Source of the DNA: Paraspadella gotoi
Taxonomy: Eukaryota; Animalia; Chaetognatha
DNA: 64,000 bases
NCBI GenBank assembly: GCA_051294375.1
Contig: CM119264.1
Coordinates: forward strand, 557,173 to 621,172
Direction of reading: 5' to 3'
This document shows positions 53,111-64,000 of the stretch, piece by piece (position 1 is the stretch's first letter; each line of letters starts with the position of its first letter). The notes below the pieces were generated by a model. The model ran no database searches, was not told the DNA's origin, and saw nothing but the letters and a program-made list of their open reading frames with translations. The translations under genes were made by a program, and so were the position numbers.

Positions 53111-54036
53111 AAAGCTTGGATTCACTGGCGACCCTTGGCCACGCGTTAGATTGTTTCTCCGTAACGATTGACGGACCGACCAAAGTCATTGCTCTTTTGT
53201 TTATTTTCTGTTTCGATCTTCAGTTGCGGCGTCGGAAAAATCGATCTTGTGTCGTCGACGAATGGAAAGAAGTTTATTTTTATCGGCGATGAATCGGAAG
53301 CGAATTCGGGATTCAGTCTCAGGATTAGAATTAAATCGAATCATTGATAAATTAAGTTTTTTAATAAAATGGGAGGAAAAAAAGATTAAGGCTAATTCTT
53401 TATGAATTAAATATTTAATCTATACTTGCGGGATCTTTAGTCTTTACTTTTTATCACGTAAAAAATTATGTTTATAACTATTATTTTATGAAGAAAAGAA
53501 GAAATAGATAAGACGATGAGGACCCAAGATGGCGAAAAAAAAACTTCATTTGGAAAAAAAATTCTAATTTTTTATTTCTGATTTTTGATTTTTGATTTTA
53601 ACTTCTGCATCTAGAATCAACTAAAATAATGAAGTGACATAATTTTAGTGAACCATTTGTTTAATACTTTGTCTCTTTCACTTTACATTTCTTGGTTAAA
53701 CTTTTTTTCACTTTCCTAACAAGAAATGAACATTGCGAAAAATATCCAACATGATTTCAGACGGAGAGGACGATATTGTAGTTGATTCGCATTCTGTATT
53801 TCCTCTGCCGCCTTCAGTCACACAGTCAATGTCGCGATCATTTCCAAACAAACATTGAACTACCATCCAACATCATAATAGAAATTAGCCTTTTTATCTC
53901 CAGCACATTCACCATCCGCCCACTTATCGTTATCCCTATCTTTCGTCAGAGCTTAGTCCTACCATAATCCCTATTCTTCAACCCCTTAACCTTAATCTAC
54001 AAACAGTTAACGCTTTCGGAAAAGAATGCCATCAAA

Positions 54037-57174
<3,138 letters not shown>

Positions 57175-57557
57175 TTTGTTCAGGAAACGTAATGATGGTA
57201 ATCTTTCAAATCACGCAATGATACTTTCGCTCCAACGATTTTTATCGATCTCACGTTTAGTCTTTAGAGTTAGACTGTTTGGCTACGTGTTCCTGTAAGA
57301 AAACGATAGAGACAGAGAGAGAGGGAGAGAGGCCTTTTGGTCGCCGTGTCATCTTTCCCGCGGGAAAGACGCGTCTCATGCAGGGGGCGTGGTTGATCTC
57401 GAGTGTGTTGTCCAAGATTGCGTCATTTCGATTCGTCAATTCTTGTCTCTCATTGTCTTTATTTTCCTTCTTAATAATCATATCCTTTCTTGTCTCTCAA
57501 CTTTTTCTCTTTCTCTCTCTCTCTCTCTCTCGCCGCCGCCGTCGCCGCCACCGCCAC

Positions 57558-57596
<39 letters not shown>

Positions 57597-57689
57597 CGCC
57601 TCGCCCTCCTCGAGTTCCACCACTGTTGGCCATAGTAAGGTGGACAGCATAAAATTTCATACAGCCTCGCTACCCAGCTGTAACCACTA

Positions 57690-57810
57690 CACTTACCCCT
57701 AACCCTAACCTCTACCCCTAACTTACCCTTACCCCTAACTTACCCTTAACCCTAACATACCCCTAACCCTAACTTACCCCTAACTCTAACTTACCCCTAA
57801 CTTATTTTTA
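57690..57810. repeat. Degenerate (CCCTAA/CTTACCC)n tract; similar tracts at ~19860-19935, 28905-28990, 39240-39330 and 48465-48620
   Basis: Short interstitial TTAGGG-like repeats. Confidence 0.7.
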
Positions 57811-58374
57811 ACCTTAATTTATTTTTCTTGTTCACTTATACTTATTCTTAATTTATTCTTAACCATAATTTATTGTAACCTTAATTTTTACCCAAATTGG
57901 TTGTACCAATTTCATATAACAAAAATAAAAAAATATTTAAAAAAAATTATGATATCTGAATTCCTTTATTTTTTTTCCCGAAATGTTATCCTCTTCCGTT
58001 CCATTTCGTTCCTCTTCTTTTTCCCGTTAATTCTTTAAGAAAAACCTTGCTCTTCGTTTTCCCATAGGCCTCCAGAGGGCATTGATCTCCAGGAATGCCC
58101 TTATTTTCTTTTTTATTAAATGAATGGATGATTTTTAATTGGTTGTACCAATTTCATAATTTTTTTTAGATCCATGAACTATTCCCAGGGCTCCTCGGCT
58201 TTGTGCAGGGTGTCTAGTATTTACCCATCCCACTCCCCCTATAAACCTGATTTTAGTTTTACATTAAAATATTGTTAAAGCTTGACTTTTGTTTTATTAT
58301 ACTCGAGTTCTTCCGCCACCTCTCGACCTTCTCTTTAAAATTACTCGTGGAAAACAAAAGAACAACGTTTTCGA

Positions 58375-58397
58375 GTTGCCTCGGTTGCCATAGAAAT
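58375..58397 (+). promoter_or_regulatory. X-box-like motifs upstream of CCDC103
   Basis: GTTGCCTCGGTTGCCATAGAAAT lies ~150 bp before the ATG; GTTGCC-AT-AGAAAT is an imperfect RFX X-box match. Confidence 0.4.
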
Positions 58398-58538
58398 ACG
58401 AGCAAACCTCCGACGGAAATAATTGACTCTTACTCTCTATCGAAATAAAAAAAAAGAGATAAATTAATAATAATAAATAATAATAAATAATAATAATAAA
58501 TAATAATAATAAATAATAATAATAAATAATAATAAAAG

Positions 58539-61123
<2,585 letters not shown>

Positions 61124-61149
61124 TCTCTCTCTCTCTCTCTCTTTCTCTC

Positions 61150-61182
<33 letters not shown>

Positions 61183-61572
61183 CTCTTCTCTCTTCTCCTC
61201 TTTCTCTCTCTCTCTTCTCTCTTCTCTCTCTCTCGTTCGTTTTGAAAAAAAAATTTTTTGGAATGTCATATCGTTTGCTCTTGGATAAAAAGTGTTATAA
61301 TTAATTTTAAATTCGTCAATGATTTATAACTACTGTTTCTCAATCTTGCCTCGTAGACGTAAGAGAAATGGTATCATTAACACACCACATCCAGTCTCAA
61401 GATAACTTAGTATTATTAAATGAATTCATACAGCTATATTGAACGGCGAATCTCACATATTGTTTGTTCAACTTCAACTTCACTTTACGCCAAGTCACGG
61501 CGCAACAAATTTTAATTACCGTTCTTGTTTGTTTTTGTTTTTTTCAATTTAAAAAAAAAACCGAACTAATTT

Positions 61573-63210
61573 TTAATTTAAGTCTTGGACCAATGTCCCG
61601 TTGATCAAATCGATGGACGCATTCCGCGGAATCTCGCAAATGAAATGCTCTTGGAAGACGCAAGGCAGATCTCTCCAGTTGTTGGTGAGCGGCATGAACC
61701 CGTTGAGAGAGAGGCAGTCGGTGAAGCGGTCATTGGGCTGATTGGATTCCCAGGCGAGCCAGACGGGGTCAGAGGGCTCGAGGGGCCGCCCGTCGGTCCA
61801 ACGCCAACCGTCGTCCGTCAGGGTCGGAGAGGCTGTTGCAGGACGGGGTGGTGGGGTAGGGGGGTGGAAAGGGTAAGTTAGGTAAGTAGACTTATTGGAT
61901 TCGTTAGAGATTACTATATTAATGATTTTGATAACTTTTTTTTCGGTAAATCTTTTTGTTTATTTTTATTATTTAAAAATTTTTTTTTATTATTAATTTC
62001 ACTAAAAATATAATTAAATTAAATAAATTAAATTAATCTAATTAAATTGTCCCATGCAGTTAAAAAAAGAGTTTTTAATACCTAGAAAACCATAAAAAAG
62101 CAACATCAACATCAAAATCAACAGCAACAACAACGATAAAAACAACAACAATCAAAAAAACAACATCAACATTCAACAACAACAACAAAAACGACAATAA
62201 CTCACTGTCTCTCGCTCCAAGCCAAACTGTTTCCCTCAACCGACGTCGATTGATTTCACTGAAAATGAATTCCCATTCATTCATCGAATCCACTGACGCC
62301 AAATGACCTGCCAAAGTGATGAATGAAAGTGAATGTATGAAAGTCAATGAATGAAAGTGAATGAATGAAAGAGAATGAATGAAATTGAATGAATGAAGGA
62401 GAACGAATGAAGGAGAATAAATGAAAGTGAATGAAAGAGAACGAATGAAAGTGAACAAAAGAAAGAGAATGAATGAAGGAGAATAAAAAAGTGAATGAAT
62501 GAAAGAGAACAAATGAAAGTGAACGAATTAAAGTGAACGAATGAAAGTGATTGAATGAAAGTGTATGAATGAAAGTGAACGAATGAAAGTGAATGAACTG
62601 ACAACCAATATAAAAATTATTCTATCATTTAATAAATAAGCTATCTTGCCCCTGACTTTGGAGTCTAATGGAACATGGTAACGTTTTAGAAAAACTCCAC
62701 ACGTCTGCTTAATGGTGCTTATTGATGCTTGGTGCTTGGTGCTTATTGGTTTGGAATTAAATGAATGATTTATAGGATTAAGGATAAGATTTAATATTAA
62801 GGTTTGGACTCTGGTTATGGATTAGGGATTAAGGTGAGGGATGTAATTAGGAGTAATGATAACAATAAGCATCATTAGAAATTGGGCGTTTTCGGAAAAT
62901 AGAGCGACAAATGTCTCACCGGTCAATTTCCTGCAGTATCTCTCTGCGTCGTGCCAATGACGTTTCTCTCGCCCGAACAGATAACGCGATGTCGTTCTGT
63001 TACCGAAATCCAGAAATATCGGACCTGTCGTTTGAATCTTATTAAATTTTAGGAGTAGGTCAAATCAATGATTGTATATTATACCTTCAATGCAGTCCAC
63101 GGCAGTGCATGTCCAATCTCCATCTTCCTTGCAGAAACAATTGTTGCAACCTTTGTCTTCCACCCAAAATCTTATCTCTGATTTCGGAGCCTCTTCTCCA
63201 GGAGTGCAGT
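61573..63210 (-). CDS. C-type lectin domain protein preceded by a pacifastin-like Cys module (5' end outside window)
   Basis: Exons 63210-63085 (DCTPG..GCNNCFCKEDGDWTCTAVDC), 63024-62920 (..WHDAERYC), 62307-62206 (GHLASVDS..VWLGA) and 61832-61573 (WRWTDG..WESNQPND..DC..WRDLPC..FICE..*). All junctions are AG/GT, phase 1. Confidence 0.88.
62318..62600. repeat. (GAAT/GAAAGT)n low-complexity intronic tract
   Basis: Directly visible. Confidence 0.9.
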
Positions 63211-63935
63211 CTGTGAGGCCGAAAGGGGAGTATGACAAGACAATGCAATCTCTATGTTGTCTGGTTCCTATAGCCTCTTCTCCAGGAGTGCAGTCTGTGA
63301 GGCCGAAAGGGGAGTATGACAAGACAATGCAATCTCTATGTTGTCTGGTTCCTATAGCCTCTTCTCCAGGAGTGCAGTCTGTGAGGCCGAAAGGGGGAGT
63401 ATGACAAGACAATGCAATCTCTATGTTGTCTGGTTCCTATAGCCTCTTCTCCAGGAGTGCAGTCTGTGAGGCCGAAAGGGGGAGTATGACAAGACAATGC
63501 AATCTCTATGTTGTCTGGTCTATAGCCTCTCTCCAGGAGTGCAGTCTGTGGCGAAAGGGAGTATGACAGACAATCAATCTCTAGTTGTCTGGTTCCTATA
63601 GCCTTCTCCAGAGTGCAGTCTGTGAGGCCGAAAGGGGGAGTATGACAAGACAATGCAATCTCTATGTTGTCTGGTTCCTATAGCCTCTTCTCCAGGAGTG
63701 CAGTCTGTGAGGCTGAAAGGGGAGTATGACAAGACAATGCAATCTCTATGTTGCCTGGTTCCTATAGCCTCTTCTCCAGGAGTGCAGTCTGTGAGGCCGA
63801 AAGGGGGAGTATGACAAGACAATGCAATCTCTATGTTGCCTGGTTCCTATAGCCTCTTCTCCAGGAGTGCAGTCTGTGAGGCCGAAAGGGGAGGTATGAC
63901 AAGACAATGCAATCTCTATGTTGTCTGGTTCCTAT
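63188..63935 (-). repeat. 84-85-bp tandem array (~9 units) spanning the acceptor of the pacifastin-like exon
   Basis: Minus-strand unit ..TTGTCATACTCCCCTTTCGGCCTCACAG|ACTGCACTCCTGGAGAAGAGGCT ATAGGAACCAGACAACATAGAGATTGCA.. Units are nearly identical. Confidence 0.95.
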
Positions 63936-64000
63936 TGACTAAATGTGCAACGCTAATAAATTGCTTTCGTTTATTTTGTAAACAATTCAATGTTTAATTT

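Noticed and set aside
57690-57810. Telomere or chromosome end
   Set aside because: Short, degenerate and interstitial, with genes on both sides.
63188-63935. CRISPR-like array
   Set aside because: Units are wholly identical with no unique spacers, there are no cas genes, and the context is eukaryotic and intronic.

Overview
AT-rich animal (invertebrate-type) genomic DNA with spliceosomal introns, many (CT/GA)n tracts, N-gaps and stretches of indel-ridden, apparently unpolished long-read sequence. There are no prokaryotic features. Spliced genes I could reconstruct by hand: a KIAA0930 homolog (+, 5.5-22.4 kb), a transmembrane tandem-START-domain protein (+, 23.4-27.8 kb), an ABCG1/ABCG4-like half transporter (+, 29.8-50.1 kb), a membrane-anchored SAM-dependent methyltransferase (-, 54.0-57.2 kb), CCDC103 (+, 58.5-61.1 kb) and the 3' part of a pacifastin-like/C-type lectin gene (-, 61.6-63.2 kb). 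Two candidate antisense genes sit nested in introns. Two multi-kb inverted duplications (about 1-12.3 kb and 30.4-43.9 kb) scramble the KIAA0930 and ABCG loci; they are most likely haplotype or long-read assembly products. The best find is a complete 652-bp non-autonomous LTR retroelement (TRIM) at 41565-42216. Its LTRs each contain a 72-nt tRNA-like Pol III cassette, and it has a tRNA-Trp-type PBS, a PPT, 4-bp TSDs, solo LTRs elsewhere in the window and an empty site in the mirror arm. A second recurrent pattern is tandem arrays that copy exon/intron junctions, seen in four different genes. All gene names come from recalled motif similarity, not database searches, and coordinates in noisy regions are approximate.
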